Part shown: positions 38,070-51,545 of the stretch, piece by piece
How positions within the stretch are numbered: position 1 is the stretch's first letter
Layout: each line of letters begins with the position of its first letter
Assembly: GCA_045837725.1 (NCBI GenBank)
Contig: JBEWZL010000179.1
Coordinates: 124,001 to 188,000 of the forward strand
Length of the DNA stretch: 64,000 nt
Direction: 5' to 3'
Origin: Vermamoeba vermiformis
Taxonomy: Eukaryota
The notes under the pieces: generated by a model
The model's database searches: none
The model's input: the letters and a program-made list of their open reading frames with translations, nothing else
What the model was told of the DNA's origin: nothing
Made by a program: the position numbers and the translations under genes

Positions 38070-41000
38070 TTAAGAATACATTGAAAACTCTTCCTCTTCT
38101 TTGAACAAATACGTGCCATCAGTCACTGTCATGCGTTGATCGATCGGTGCTAAGTATTCAAGGCGTGAGAGTGGATCCAACGCCGAAGGGTCTCTAATAC
38201 CCGTTTCCCTAAAAACATTGTCAGTGTAAGGCACTTTAAATAGACACCTGTATAGCGTACCATAATGTGAGAGTGCGCAATGTGTGCAGTTTGGTGAGCG
38301 TGCCAACAACACCTTTAGTAATTAGAGGACTGCCGAGGTCGAGTGAAGTCAAGTGCGTGAGACCTGACAGCGCATTGACGCCGTGATCAGTGGTTTCGAT
38401 GCAAAAAGCTATTTTGAGACTTTCAAGGCTTGTGAGGGCTGCAACAAAAATGAGCAATGGAACACCAATTGAAAGTTAAGCACAGCTCTACTTACATCCA
38501 ATAGTGACGAGACTCATGTCACTGATGCGACAGTAGGCCATCGATAGTGATTTGAGATTAGTAAGGCCTAGGAAGGTGCAATAGTTAGGTTTGTTTGAGT
38601 ATGACAAAGATGACACTCACATCTGAGATATTCAATGCCGTCATCATGTACCAATGTGCGATTGAGATCTAACTTCTCCAAGTTGACTAATTTGGCTAAA
38701 CATGACAATGTAACTGCATCGCTCTCAGTGTTGGCGAGGGACAGGTCACGCAAGTCCGTCAAGTCTGTTTTCAATCAATAAATAAGCTAACAGAGGTACC
38801 TAGTAATAAGCGATGCGTACCTGCTAAGTATGGAGCCACTTCGTTGTTGACTTCAGAATTGGTGTTCAAGTACAACGTCATCAAGTGCGACAAGTGTGCC
38901 AGGGCCCACAGACTTTGAGCTGAAAGTGTGACGAACGAACAGTCCAAAAACATTAAGCTCGTGAGTTCTGCGGGTCGTAATGGTTAAAACAACTAGTTGT
39001 AGCTAGTGAGAACAAAAAGAAGAATACGTACTTGAAATGTGGTGAAAACTTTCATCCGTGACTCGTGTCGCTTTGATGACCAGGGAATTCAAACTCGACA
39101 AATCTAGGCGGTGCATTGTTAGCAACGAAAGAACAAGGGGAAAAGTAGATGGCTAAAAGGCAAAAAAAGATATGGCCATTCCAGGGATCGAACCTGGGAC
39201 CCTCGCGTTATTAGCACGATGCTCTAACCAACTGAGCTAAACGGCCGTTGTTGATCCGTCGGTCAGCAAAAATAGGGCCTGGTTCGATCGGGAACGAATG
39301 CAGAATCTCAGAACGCAAAAGAGCCTGGGGAAGGCAAGCAAAGCTATTTCGTAACGAGCCTCCGTGTTTTCTTATTATAAGCAATTGGTACCGCACTTGC
39401 CACCTGCAGGCACTATCGCATGTTAACAAAAAAAAAGGTCATAAGGAAAACTAGGACCTTTGAGGAGAGGAACACCAGCTTGCTTGCGCAAAAGGCAAAA
39501 AACAAATTCCGATACCGGGAGTCGAACCCGGGTTTCATGGGTGAGAGCCATGTGTGCTGCCGCCTACACCATATCGGAATGGTTGAGGGTCGAGCAAAAT
39601 TTTTAGCAGCTCGGTGGTTCGAAGTGAAGAAGCTCAAGGTGGCCCTCTTGCTGCTGGCTCCTTCGTTCTCTCTGTCTTTCGTGAGAATCTGGATCTGCGT
39701 ACGTAATATTGGTCTACTGCTGTCTTAGCATTCGCTGCCCCGACATTTGCAAGAGAGCTGTTAGAGTACTTGGGTGGAGTTTCAGATTGATTGGTTTACA
39801 ACTGACGTTGCTTGCTTTTTTGTCGTGAAAACCGAGTAGCGAAGCGACGTACCGTTCTACGACTATTCAGATAACTTAAATGCCCTTTCATTAATTTTAA
39901 AATAAAAATTCATTTTCGTCTGCTTTTCGACAAAAAAAATAGTATCGCACGGCATCCATATACAAGCACAATAAGGTAAAAAGCAAATGGTTCCACTCGG
40001 AATCGAACCGAGGACCTACTGCGTGTTAAGCAGATGTGATAACCAACTACACCATGGAACCTTGTTGGTGCGAAGCCGCGGAACGAAATTGAGTCGCCCG
40101 CAAAAATCGAACCAGGCGTGCTGCAAGGCTTAGCGATAGGTAAGTACTGTTATGTTCGCCCAATGTTCCACGCGAAGTGTTTGCACGATTGAAGTTTGTC
40201 TGTTCTTCTTGCGTTGGGGTGAAAATGTGCGGGCAACGATATGTCATGCATCACTCGAGATACGTGCAAACAAAAAGAAAACGTCTGATTTCTATGCGCT
40301 TAGATCAATGCACGAGGAGTGCTGGGTTCTAGGCTTTCTGATCAATGCACGAACTAGAATTTCATTAGTTGGTGAACTGCTCCAAGTAATGAGTTACGAC
40401 AATTGATTTGAATTTGTTGCAATATATTCGTCGCTAGAGCTCGTAGTACTTCGCACTTCGTGTTAGGCTGATTGCCGACCCCTCAATTTGTACTGACTTG
40501 TTCAGGTTATGACCGACAAGCGATCATATCTTCGCTCTCAGCACAACGCGCTAGCAAATATGCCCATCGTAGCAGTGATAAGCACGAGTTAGATGGCAAT
40601 TAGAAGCTTGCCAGTTTGGTCCAGTGAGATCATAATTGATAAAAATTTTAAAGTCAATCAATAATGTTCGGACACAAAGAATACGCAAAAAAATAGTATC
40701 GCACAGCATCTATATACAAGCACAATAAGGCAAAAAGCAAATGGTTCCACTCGGAATCGAACCGAGGACCTACTGCGTGTTAAGCAGATGTGATAACCAA
40801 CTACACCATGGAACCTTGTTGATGCGCCGTGTCGTGATCAATTCGAGTCGCCCCGAATCAAAGGCTCCAAGCTGCCAATGGTGTTGGTTCTGTGCTTGCC
40901 CGTACTGCCCCTTCAACTGCAGCGTAGACATTGTATCTACGATAAATATAATAAACGCTTCGAAAGAAAACAATGGCCGAGCGCGACCTGTTATTTGAAG

Positions 41001-42323
41001 CTGCGCGTGTCTGGTCTCTATCATTGTCCAACGCAGCTGTACCAGTACCGTGGCTGTAGCTCCGTCGAACTTTTGAACGACGTCCGTCAGATCGAGAAAT
41101 GTTTCTCAACCAAGCCGTGATAGCTCAACTGGTAGAGCGACAGACTGAAGATCTGTAGGTTTCCGGTTCAACTCCGGATCGCGGCATCTATTTTTTGGAT
41201 CTGGTTCTCATCAAATTCACAGAATTTTTGATCTGTGCGCGAGTTCTGCCGCACTCATTTTTTTTTGTTCTCAGACACCAAATATAATATAAATAGTAGA
41301 TATATAACTTACTTTGACATATTTCCACGAAGCACGAGTCAGTTAACCAAAGGCTGCTTAGATCCAAGGAAGTCAAACTCGGCATTTCTTTGTTACGAAG
41401 CGTTAGATGCAATACACTTGTATATAGTCGCACCGTCATTATGTCAATTACTTACTAACAATTTGGTTGAGAATTGTGCCCGGTGTTGCCAGTGTAGCGC
41501 CAATATTTAAAGTCCTCAAGTTTGTTAACGCTACAGACATAATCAATTAAAGTACTAATCATAATATATAGTATACGCACTTGAAAGTCGAACAAATGCC
41601 TCGTCGTTGATTAATTTACATTTGTTTAGGACTAACGAGTTGAGGTTTTGAAGTCTGTCAATTATTTTCTGCACCCCTTCAGATTTGATTCGGTAGCCTA
41701 TCGTCGGATAATATGATGAATATTTAATATACTATATATTGAATCGTTACCTTTGCTAACATCGAGCATTAGTAGTTCTGGATGGTGTTCAGCGATAGTG
41801 TCTAGCCATTCGTCGGTCACGCGAGTTTGCCTGACCGCTATACTATGGTTAATATCAAGCACAAAAAAAAATCAATTTAGGCACATCAGACGAGTAACAG
41901 TATTTGACTCCGAGATTTTCTTTAAATAAGATCAAAGTGCGCGTCAAACTGAAAAATTATTTTTAATTTGGAAATATCGTATTTTAGAACTATATAAATA
42001 AATTAATATCCTTTCATACCAGTACTATGTTGTCCACTATTTATTAAAGTTGATCTGCTGAATGGTGACGCGTTCGTAAATTCTAATAGCAAACTGAGCT
42101 CGGTGATGCTGCAGTTATTAAATAACATCAATACTTCATTTGTTAGCGTTCTTGTAATACGTAATTGATACAATAAATGCTGAACTACTGATCCAGGCAG
42201 ATTTAGCTCGCCAGGTTTCAATAGAGGCGTTATCTTTTCATCTTCATCCACGCGATATATTTGATTTTTGACAATATAACGAGCAGCGAGATGTGTGAGG
42301 GGTGGTGGACTTCTCCTGCTCAT
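38070..42323 (-). CDS. Leucine-rich repeat protein whose 2.2-kb intron (39104-41312) hosts five tRNA genes
   Basis: PPPLTHLAARYIV N-terminus and LRR exons. The exon ending ..VEICQ A| (donor 41312) joins |AT TTG.. (acceptor 39104) in frame. Confidence 0.8.
39173..39246 (-). tRNA. tRNA-Ile(AAT)
   Basis: GGCCGTTTAGCTCAGTTGGTTAGAGCATCGTGCTAATAACGCGAGGGTCCCAGGTTCGATCCCTGGAATGGCCA; full cloverleaf with a downstream T-run. Confidence 0.96.
39507..39578 (-). tRNA. tRNA-Glu(CTC)
   Basis: TCCGATATGGTGTAG..CATGG CT CTC AC CCATG..GGTTCGACTCCCGGTATCGGAA. Confidence 0.95.
39988..40061 (-). tRNA. tRNA-Val(AAC), copy 1
   Basis: GGTTCCATGGTGTAGTTGGTTATCACATCTGCTTAACACGCAGTAGGTCCTCGGTTCGATTCCGAGTGGAACCA. 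Confidence 0.95.
40742..40815 (-). tRNA. tRNA-Val(AAC), copy 2
   Basis: Identical to copy 1, with a shared ~55-bp 3' flank. Confidence 0.95.
41114..41186 (+). tRNA. tRNA-Phe(GAA)
   Basis: GCCGTGATAGCTCAACTGGTAGAGCGACAGACTGAAGATCTGTAGGTTTCCGGTTCAACTCCGGATCGCGGCA followed by a TTTTTT terminator. Confidence 0.96.
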
Positions 42324-42565
42324 TTTTACAATGAAATTGACCGACCTTCATCTCTGGTTAATTTCTTCGCCGCCTGATGAAGAACTCTGTTGTCGTACCA
42401 CTTCTAAATTCCAAGGTGACTTTGTAAAGACAATTAAACCGGTGTTAATTTATGTATCATTTTTGCAGTTTAGTTGGTTTGAACCAGAGAAATTTTCATT
42501 GACCACACAGTTTTAACTTGAATTTGCAACTCAATTTTATCGCAACTCAACGAGAGCACAATAAT

Positions 42566-42964
42566 ATGACGTCAGTTATATTGGAGCCAAGGAAGGGCGC
42601 GTTGTTGTACATACAACTTCTCAGTAATTTAAACGACACCATCGTCTCTTACAAGGAGGCCAAACTACGTGGCGCTAATTATCAACGCGACATCACTACT
42701 TTTATGGAAAGAGGATACGCAGCTGATAGCAATGAAGTCACGTGTTTAAAGCAAGCCCAAGAGGCCGTGGAAGAAGAACTCCAATTTCTTCAAACTAAAA
42801 TTAATTGGCTGACGAATATTGCAGCCAGCGGTGAAATAGAGACCAAGAAATTCATCGTTCAACTAAGAATTTTAGATAAACAAATAGATGACCTTCGTGA
42901 TGATCAATTTTGTTCTTTGCGACAAATTGTAACTGATTTGCATAGGTCCTGTGTGTATACGTAA
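42566..42964 (+). CDS. Hypothetical coiled-coil protein (possible short extra exon to 43071)
   Basis: 132-codon ORF MTSVILEPRK... with a heptad pattern and no recognised family. Confidence 0.55.
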   Translation: MTSVILEPRKGALLYIQLLSNLNDTIVSYKEAKLRGANYQRDITTFMERGYAADSNEVTCLKQAQEAVEEELQFLQTKINWLTNIAASGEIETKKFIVQLRILDKQIDDLRDDQFCSLRQIVTDLHRSCVYT

Positions 42965-43118
42965 TTCAAATTTAAAATTATCGGTAGTAAATATTCAAAT
43001 TGATGAATATTTGCAGGCGACGAGAAATAATAAAATTGAAAAGATTTAATTACAAAAAGATACATTCGTAAGTCAGAATTCATTTGCTGACCGATGACAG
43101 CGCGTAGTATTATCAATC

Positions 43119-45118
43119 TTACGCATGAATGTCGCGAGCATATTTCCACGCGTCATCAAACTCCCAACTCCAAATGAAGCAATAGCCACCAGTGTCAGAT
43201 GGGCACCTTCAAAACAGTTAGTATTGGCATAATAACAACAGATCTAACGGTACGTACTTGTTGCCGCCCTCCATGGGCCATCGAGCCCAGTCGTAAGTGA
43301 TCGGTGACAACCACTTGGTGTCCGTGAAGTAAATGTTCGGGTTGATAGTATCAGAATAATAACCTCGAAGGCTGCAAGAGAAATGAGTACAAGTGACTAA
43401 CGATAATGAGATATGCAGGTTCATACCGTTGAATGTAACCACTGTACGTGCTGGCTTTAGTACCAACGAACACGCGTGCGTACGAGCAGATGATAGTCTC
43501 AATGATGCCGTAGGTGTATTCAGGGATCTCATCTTCAATCAAGTACTTGTAGTCCTTCAACAACTTCACCTTGTATCTGCAATACAGCTCGTTAGATTTG
43601 TATTCATAACACAATGGAGCTACAACTCTCGGTGAAGTAATTCATGGAATAATGGTGTGCTTACCTCGCGCGGAAGACGGGCAATTCCTCGCGCTCAAGT
43701 TTGTCAAAGTCAGTCTCGTCTGTGGCCAACCACAACGTCTCGCCCTCTTTGTACAAGTTCTTCGTGTTCTCGAAGATTGTGGCGTACGACAAGCCCTTTT
43801 GAGTCTTGTATTGGAAGTCACCTCTGCGAATGTGAATGGCAGAGAACGGGCCTAATTGCTTAATGATTCGTTCAGCACGTTCGAACCACTCGTTGCGATA
43901 ATGCACAAAGTTCTTCACGCGGAACAACAGGTCTTGATAGAGATCAAAGTCCTCGTACCAAATCGCGTTGTAAAAGTGACCGAACAAAGTTCTCGTGTCA
44001 TAGTGCACTACTTTAGCTGTCAGCAACTTGGGGTCTGACACAACGTCGTAGAAATTTCGCTTGTGAGGACCAGCTACAGAGTTCAGATTGTTAGTTCCAA
44101 GTCACCGAAAGACACGTGTCATAAAATAATGATGTACGTACCAAACTGCTTCAAGCTGGCGTGAGCGTCAGTGTTCTCAGCGGGGATTTTGGGCCAAGCA
44201 AATACATTGTAAATGTTGCTCTTGCCGCGCTCAGGCATGCTCACCACTTCGGCCTCGGGCTGAGCGTGCATAAAGTTGTCGAGGTCACGCAAGTTTGTGG
44301 GCAATTTGTCCCACTTCATTCTCTTAGCAAAGTCAGCGTAGCTAATGACACGCACACCTTTAGCCTATCAAAAATAATATGAGGATTTGTGGGCAAGCGA
44401 AAAGTTTTGAAATTCGTTACCAAGTCATTGAAATCGAAGAAGTTGCTCAAATCTTTGTTCGTCGAGCCCAAGTGATCGACCCAGAAGGGAGGATTCAACA
44501 CGAGAGTGCGGTTCTGAATTTAAATTAATTTTTGCTCGCCGGCGAATTGATCCACTTACCAAAGTCAATGCAAAAGAAAACGCTAATTCGAGGACCATGC
44601 GCTCATTATTAAGACCTTAAATGAAATAAATATAAGAAACATTACTTTAAACAAAATGGATCTGACGTCGCATAAATCATACCTGAGAATCTTGGAGTGC
44701 AAGTCAAAAATTTCTCATCAGGGTCATTTAGCGGTGCAATTTTCTTAGTTTGTGAAGCAGCTGGAGTCCAATAGCGCTTCGTGGCCCACTTGTGACCGGT
44801 CACAACAATTCCGCCTGAGCCAGGCTGCAACAATATTAATATTAAACGCATAAAATATCGGGCGATAGTGTGTTAATAAGGACGTGGAAGAAACAATCAG
44901 GAATAATTTTTCGAATATTCAAAAAAATTAGATCTTACGTCGCTAATTGAAGACAAGCTTGCCAACAAGTAAATAGCCAAAGCACCGACAACAAAGATAA
45001 TAATGCCCTTTTGTTTGTGTTGAGGACCTTTAGTTCGAGCTGCGGGTGACATTACAAAGAAATAATAAAGTCCAGCACCCCAAACGAGGATGAGGAACAA
45101 AATCATCGAGCCAGGCAT
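43119..45118 (-). CDS. GDP-fucose protein O-fucosyltransferase-like glycosyltransferase (GT65/68-like)
   Basis: N-terminal TMs; GLNNERM; RTLVLNPP; AIHIRRGDF; LWLATDE; IICSYARVFVGTKASTYSGYIQRLR. Confidence 0.85.
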
Positions 45119-45580
45119 GTCTGGTGTAGATATCAAGACTTATAAGCAAATAAGACCGCGACAAAGTCTTGTTTTGGTTGTCGCGTTCAAAAAAATCAAA
45201 ACAAAAACGATCTGCTGGGGAAAACCACAGCACACAAAATTAGGAAACAAAAATTGTATTACTGAACTTTCAATAATCTACCTTTGACATATCTTTGCTC
45301 AATCACAGATATTTTTGGCGTCAACAAGTTGTTTTAAACGGAGATCAATCCAATCTCAAAAATAGTTCGGAAATGTTATTGTTTCAAATGATGGATTCGT
45401 TCATTTCTTGATGTTCTAAGCTCTGTGCAGTATCGTTGCACATCTATTAATCACGAATACCGTTCAGTGAAAATAGACCTGGCTTGTTGAATGAAAAGTC
45501 GCCCAAAAAACTGTGAATTATTTCATTGCAAAAGCGAATATAGAACACGTTAGTCAGTATATTTTTGTGATAACCACAAT

Positions 45581-46762
45581 ATGTCTGCCTGCGAAGCCCC
45601 CGTGTGCCCCCAACTTGACCAAATGATCGCTAAGATCAAGGCCGACTTCGAAAAAGATGAATCTGGCCCTAATGTCGAGCAATACCTTCGAGATTACGTG
45701 AACTCGGGCGCAACCGATTACAGAAGTTACGTGTTCTTCAACGACCATAAATACGCGCGAAACTTGGTGGAGATCAACGAGCATTTTGAATTAATGGTAT
45801 GTTTTTTTTGATTTTTCGCAAATCTGAAACATTAATATCTTACTTGCATGTATTTAGATTATTTGCTGGAAAGTGGGCCAAGAATCACCAATCCACAACC
45901 ACTCTGTAAGTTAATAAGCGCATCCCCGAACTATTATTTTTCCGGTCTTCGTGTCTCCCCTTCTTGCCAACCGATACTAACCCGATATATTAATATAGGG
46001 CCAGAAGTGTTGGATGTCCTTTTTGGAAGGCGATATGGAGGAGGTAAGATCCTAGTCCTGATCAAGTTCTTTCGGGACACAACGGCTAATAGCGATTTGG
46101 ATGTGAGTTATTAATACCTTGAATCTTTAGATATATTACACTTATGACGAAGCTACTGGCTCTTTGACCCAAGGCGAATCGCAAGTGCACAAAAAGGGCG
46201 GTGTTGGATTTATTGTTGATGAGATCGCGTTGCACAAAGTTCGCCCCGCTTCTGCCACTTCCATTGGTATTACTATGTAAGTTTCATCATAATACGCTAT
46301 CAAATATCAAGATACTTGCGAAGCTATTTTGGCACGTTTGGCAACCCCGCCAACAAAATTCATGAATGACACCATTAGCACTATTAAGAGAAACCTGAAT
46401 ATCTTGACCACTTAATCATATCTACGTTTACTACTTTGAGCTGCACATTCTTTTGATTCAACAAAGCGGCTTTTAACTAACCGAATCGTTTCTCCTTCAG
46501 GCACATGTACTCAAAGCCCATCGCTTACTCAACGCTGTACTGCCCTCTTACTGGCAAGATTACTCGTCGTCGCAGTGGTTTCTATTCTATTAAGGGTCGC
46601 AAGCTCGTGTGCGGTCAATACACCGGATCATGTTACGAAGAGCTTTACAAGACCTTAGAAGCCAAAGCTACTGCTGAAGAAGAGAGCCATAAGACTAAGT
46701 GCTACAGACAAGCCTTGCAAGAGGTTTTGCCCGCTTTAGAGCACCCTGTCTTCCAGAACTAG
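45581..46762 (+). CDS. CDO1: Cysteine dioxygenase type 1
   Basis: YARNLV, ICWKVGQESPIHNH, CWM, LHKV and HMYS motifs. Confidence 0.9.
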
Positions 46763-47035
46763 ACCTAGCGGATCCAGATCTCACTTGTTCTATTTATTAT
46801 TTGTGGCTTATGATATGCCTATTATTGATTGAAGTTTTGTAAACATCGATCAGTAGTTGGTGTTCATATACTATGAATTGTAGTTGTACATAAATCCCAA
46901 TATTTCAAATCGAATCTGCTTGACTAAGTCGTTATATCCGTGATCTATATTAGTATTTAATTACATCAATATGTACATGTATATACATTGGGATGAGAGT
47001 TGCGAGTCGTCGTGCTTGTTGGAGGGATAAAGCGA

Positions 47036-47543
47036 TTATTTGTTTTTGTCAGTCTCAATGCTCGATCCTAGTTTGCTTTTTTCCTGAGTAATTCAAATAT
47101 TAATGATAAATAATATATTATTCTATTGTATAACATTAATTTGTATTACAAGCTCATTTGCATTGAAATTGAATTTTAATTTAGAATAAATATTGAGTAA
47201 TTACTGCTATATTTGCCAATATTATAATGCGTGAAAAATATTATTATAGTTATTAATTAATTACCAAATTTTCTTTCATTCGTTGATTCTCGATTTCTTT
47301 GTAGATGACGCTGGGAATCCAACTAGGACGGACTTTACGGCCTAGCATTTCCTTTACAAAGTCCCATTTAAGCAAATAAAATCGTATTAATATGAACCAC
47401 GCTATTAAATTCGATTAGGAGCTGCATCCACGTAATGCAATTTATTCTTTGATCTTACCTCCGCCAGTAATCACCACGAATGACAATATAAGGTACAATA
47501 GCGCTAGCGGAAAGCTCTTATTTCCGTCAGCTGTAGTCTCCAT
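47036..47543 (-). CDS. Small single-TM protein, SMIM13-like (not in the ORF track)
   Basis: Three exons give METTADGNKSFPLALLYLILSFVVITGGAWFILIRFYLLKWDFVKEMLGRK...ETDKNK*. The W..I..FYL.KW.FVKE.LG stretch resembles the SMIM13 core. Confidence 0.6.
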
Positions 47544-47779
47544 ATTGAATGAATTCGAGAGCTGTTGTATTCTCGTCAAAATGTTTTAACAACTGGCAAA
47601 ACTTGCAAGGTTGCTCGTTTGAACTAAAACTGAATAATTCTGTAGCGATACAGGACCATTATGCACTCTCCATATGATTCCATGAGTGGGCAGTTCTTCC
47701 AGTCAACCTTCGGATCGGCCTTTGACTCTGAGTTTTTTATTTACAAGGAGCCAATCAAGGGAGCATTATCAGACAAGAA

Positions 47780-49362
47780 TTACATTACAATACAATTGCG
47801 ATTGTTTGTGGCATTAGTATTGGTGTTATTGTTGCTCAGCTCGTCGTCAATCTCCATTCCATCGCCATCACTCGCGTACGGATTTTTCCGCTTGTATTTT
47901 GACGGCAAACCACGTAGTTCTTCAAAAAATATTCTCCAATCAGGTGATAGGCATTCGTAAGGGTCTTCTACAGGCTTTTCAAGTATTCTGAACTCAAACG
48001 GACCGTTTTGAATCCGCTTCCGATCCTCATCTACTTTCCAATCAAACAGACAGGCAGAAGTGTCTTGGAACTAGTATAAACCGTTAGTATAAGTAATATA
48101 GATGATATTTAACTTACAAAAGGATTTAACTCTACGATTTGAATGGATCCATCGTCAAACACTACAAAATCAACAATGTAATTTTGTTGCGGCACCAAAT
48201 CTTTAATCTTTGCGTGAAATTCCTTGATTTGTTGCTCAATCAACGCTTTTCTCGGCGGCAGATCTTTAAAATACTGCAAGTAACAGTACTGCGACACCGC
48301 ATTCAAACTCTTATTATACACAAAGCCTAATATAAACAGATTAGTAATATTACTATGATTAATATACGATTATTACCTCTAAATTCCATGCTTGCATTCA
48401 TCGGCCGCCATTCTCGAATAATAATATCTAATTTAAACGCGTTTGGAAATTCCAAAGCCCTACGAGATTTTAAGTATATATGCTCGGTATATATTTGATC
48501 CTTGTATTTACCTTTGCAAATCTTCGCGGATTCGTGAGCTTGTCAATAATAGCTGTTAAAGAAAAAAATTAAAAAATCTTTTCAGATTATGAGATCCATT
48601 GATATTATCTTCGAATGAATACGTGCCTCGATGGCTTCACGTCCGTTTTGTACTCGCAGTGCAGTTCTCGATGCTTGGACAAATGCACAGGTGTCTTCAT
48701 TTGGTGATCCATCGCTGTGTTCCAGTTCCTCGAGCAGCGCTTGTTTTAATCGAGCATTGACTACTGACGCCAAGGCATCTTTAGGGCTACGGGCGCGTTA
48801 GTGTTATCGTATAGTGGGGCATGTTATGTAATTACCTTCGTGTGCTGAGTTTGACGAAAGCACATCCATTAAATTTAGTTTTAATTATTGCGTCAATTTC
48901 GTTTATAAACTGCAAAATATTTTAATTAACATTGATTCAATATCTAATATATAATATCTAGCACTTACTCGTTCTATTATTCTTGTATCTTGATCTGATA
49001 GAGATCGTTTTAAACACGCGTCATGCAATATTCGCATTTCTTGTTCTCGTAGTGGAAAAAATTCTGTTCTTGGTGTATAATCTCGAAGAGTATCATACCT
49101 AACATTTATAAAGCTATTAGATGATTCTGTAATTTATTAAATAATAAATTTCTAAATGTTAAATTTTGGAACTGAGCTCCAGGCAATTGAATAATTTTAA
49201 TACGGTCGTTATAATATAGATTATACTATTAAATTACCATGTTTCTATTGCAAAGTCAAAAATATATTTGGTCCTCTGAAAAAAGAACTTATGGCTCTCG
49301 ATCTTCTTTTTAGTTTCTTCACTTATTTCCTCGCCTGGTTCTCCAGGTACCTCTATCTCCAT
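47780..49362 (-). CDS. Cdc123/D123-related (R2K clade) ATP-grasp enzyme ending in a CaaX box
   Basis: FVKLSTRSPKDA, SSRIREDL, IREW, EFRGFV, AVSQY, IVDF, IVELNPF, ACLFDW and GPFEFR motifs; C-terminus NNRNCIVM*. Confidence 0.85.
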
Positions 49363-49625
49363 ATTATTACGAACAGCTTAATAAATAAATATAGCTGTTG
49401 TCTTCGTGCTGCCGATAATGAAAAAATCTAAAAATATCTCGTTTGCAATCAATGAACTCAATAACGTTAAATTTAATAATGAAAATATATAACAGCCTTA
49501 TCATACAACAGGTCTCATAATTTGCTTCGGCTAATGTATCTACCAAATATAGTAACAATCAATAAACTAGTACTTTCGGTTGGTGTCAAATTCAAATGCT
49601 TTATCTAACAGTGTAATGCTATATA

Positions 49626-51101
49626 TTAATTATTGTTATTATTATTCACATTCTCAACATTGGTGTTGCTCTCTAATTGATTAGTGCGTTGTAATTCAAT
49701 TGCTTTTTTATACGGGGGATTAATAGGCGGCTGTAAAACATCGCGGTGTTTGTATTCCTCGCTAGGATTTAACTATAATGATAATAGTAGTGTCAATTAG
49801 GTGTGATAATCGATAATAAGTGCAAATACGTACTTGAAGGGGATAATTCTGATCTGAATCAAAACCGCTCAAATCGCCGCATGCCACAAACGGCACAACA
49901 ATTCTGTTGGTACCAATCTCTTCGTTTCCAGGGCCTATAATAATATTAACACTGTGCCTCTGCGAATAATATAAAGCACGTACCGTAGCCGTGGTCTAAG
50001 AGCGGATCAATCATCGTGGGGAAAAATCCTTCAGGAGGCGAGTAATTTTGGCCGACAATAAAGGATTCTATTGTAAAACTATTAGTACAGCATTTTAACT
50101 ATTGTTGTTATAGTACCAATGCTCGAGTTACGGCTGCTCTTGGGCTTGACAATAGTGACCATTGGGAAGAATACTTTGAGCTGCGAGTACAGCAATGTGG
50201 TGTCCTTGCCACGGAAAATCTTTGCAACGAATGTGCCACCAGGGCGCAACAAATGTGTGGTCAAATTGAGTGCCTGAAAAGTAATTAGTACGAGTGTGTC
50301 GGGGCATATTGAAGATGTGTTCGTGACTTACAGCAAGCAATAATTGAGCTTGGACGTATTCATCAATGTCGTGCATGCCGGTCACTATAATTATATTGGT
50401 TAATTAGTGGTAAAAACAATTGTTATAATGTGAGGAAGTACCGTCAGGAGCACCGTCGCAAATAACAAGATCTGCCAATTTGCCGTTGAATACATCGATA
50501 ACTGACTTTACGGTCGATAACTTGGTGATATCTCCTTTAATTTGATGCACGCCCTTCAAGGGAGCCATATCTTGAATATCTACACTCACGATCTGCACTT
50601 CAGGATCGCTAAACCAAATAATTATTCATTTGTCTAATCACCGTTAATTATTTTTGTTCGTACTCTTGGTTAGGTTCGTATATTTTTCTGCTCAATACTT
50701 GAGTCCAACTGCCTGGCGCAGCGCACAAATCCACGGCTCGTTTAACGCCTATCATTAACAGAATAATTTTAATAATGCATTAAAAATATTACAATCGTGT
50801 GTACGATTATGATATGATCGAGCGATTCATTATTTTCATCGGTTTAAATTCTGTTTAATTTCGCAGACGCGATCGAGATCCAACGATTCAAAGTTCTTCG
50901 TGCCATTATAACTGTTATTTACTTACCCTCGAATATGTTAAATTTTTCATCAATTTGTAACAGTTTAAAAGCTGATCGTGCTCGCCATCCTTCTTCTTTG
51001 GCTTTTCGATAGAAAATATCCTACACACAACATTATTGCGCATTCATAAACACTACTTAAATATCGACACTCACTCTTTTGTCTTTTGAAGCACGACCCA
51101 T
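49626..51101 (-). CDS. TRM7: tRNA (cytidine32/guanosine34-2'-O)-methyltransferase Trm7/FTSJ1
   Basis: [52 protein letters not shown] and KPKSSRNSS. Confidence 0.96.
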
Positions 51102-51545
51102 TGTTGCTCGTTGTATTGGATGAAAAAATATTAGATCCCGAAGTTGTGACTGAAGTTTGCTTGCGATTATTAATCAATGACAATACCATCATGAATCATT
51201 AGAAAGCCTGCCATAGTACTCGAACCAAAGGGGTCCTTTGTGTGTTTGGCCGAAAATGAACTGTCACGCGACGTATCAAACCCAACTTTCTTGCGCTTTT
51301 GTTTGTTACAGATCCACTGCCCATGTGATGAGCAACACAATTGCGCGATAATATTTCATTCATATAGTGTACATAGCAACATAACGGGTAAGCCTACAAG
51401 GCCTCGAATTTTCCAACTATGAGAGAGTGACTAATTTTGCACAAATAATGATAAAATTTCCTACGTTAATGCGCGATAAAGATTAATTAAAACTATAATT
51501 TCTTTTAGCCTGTAAATAATAATTAATTATTTTCTTTAGATAAAA

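Noticed and set aside
39590-41100. ORFs in the spacers between the tRNA genes
   Set aside because: Short, often overlapping the tRNAs, with no coherent exon chain or homology signal.
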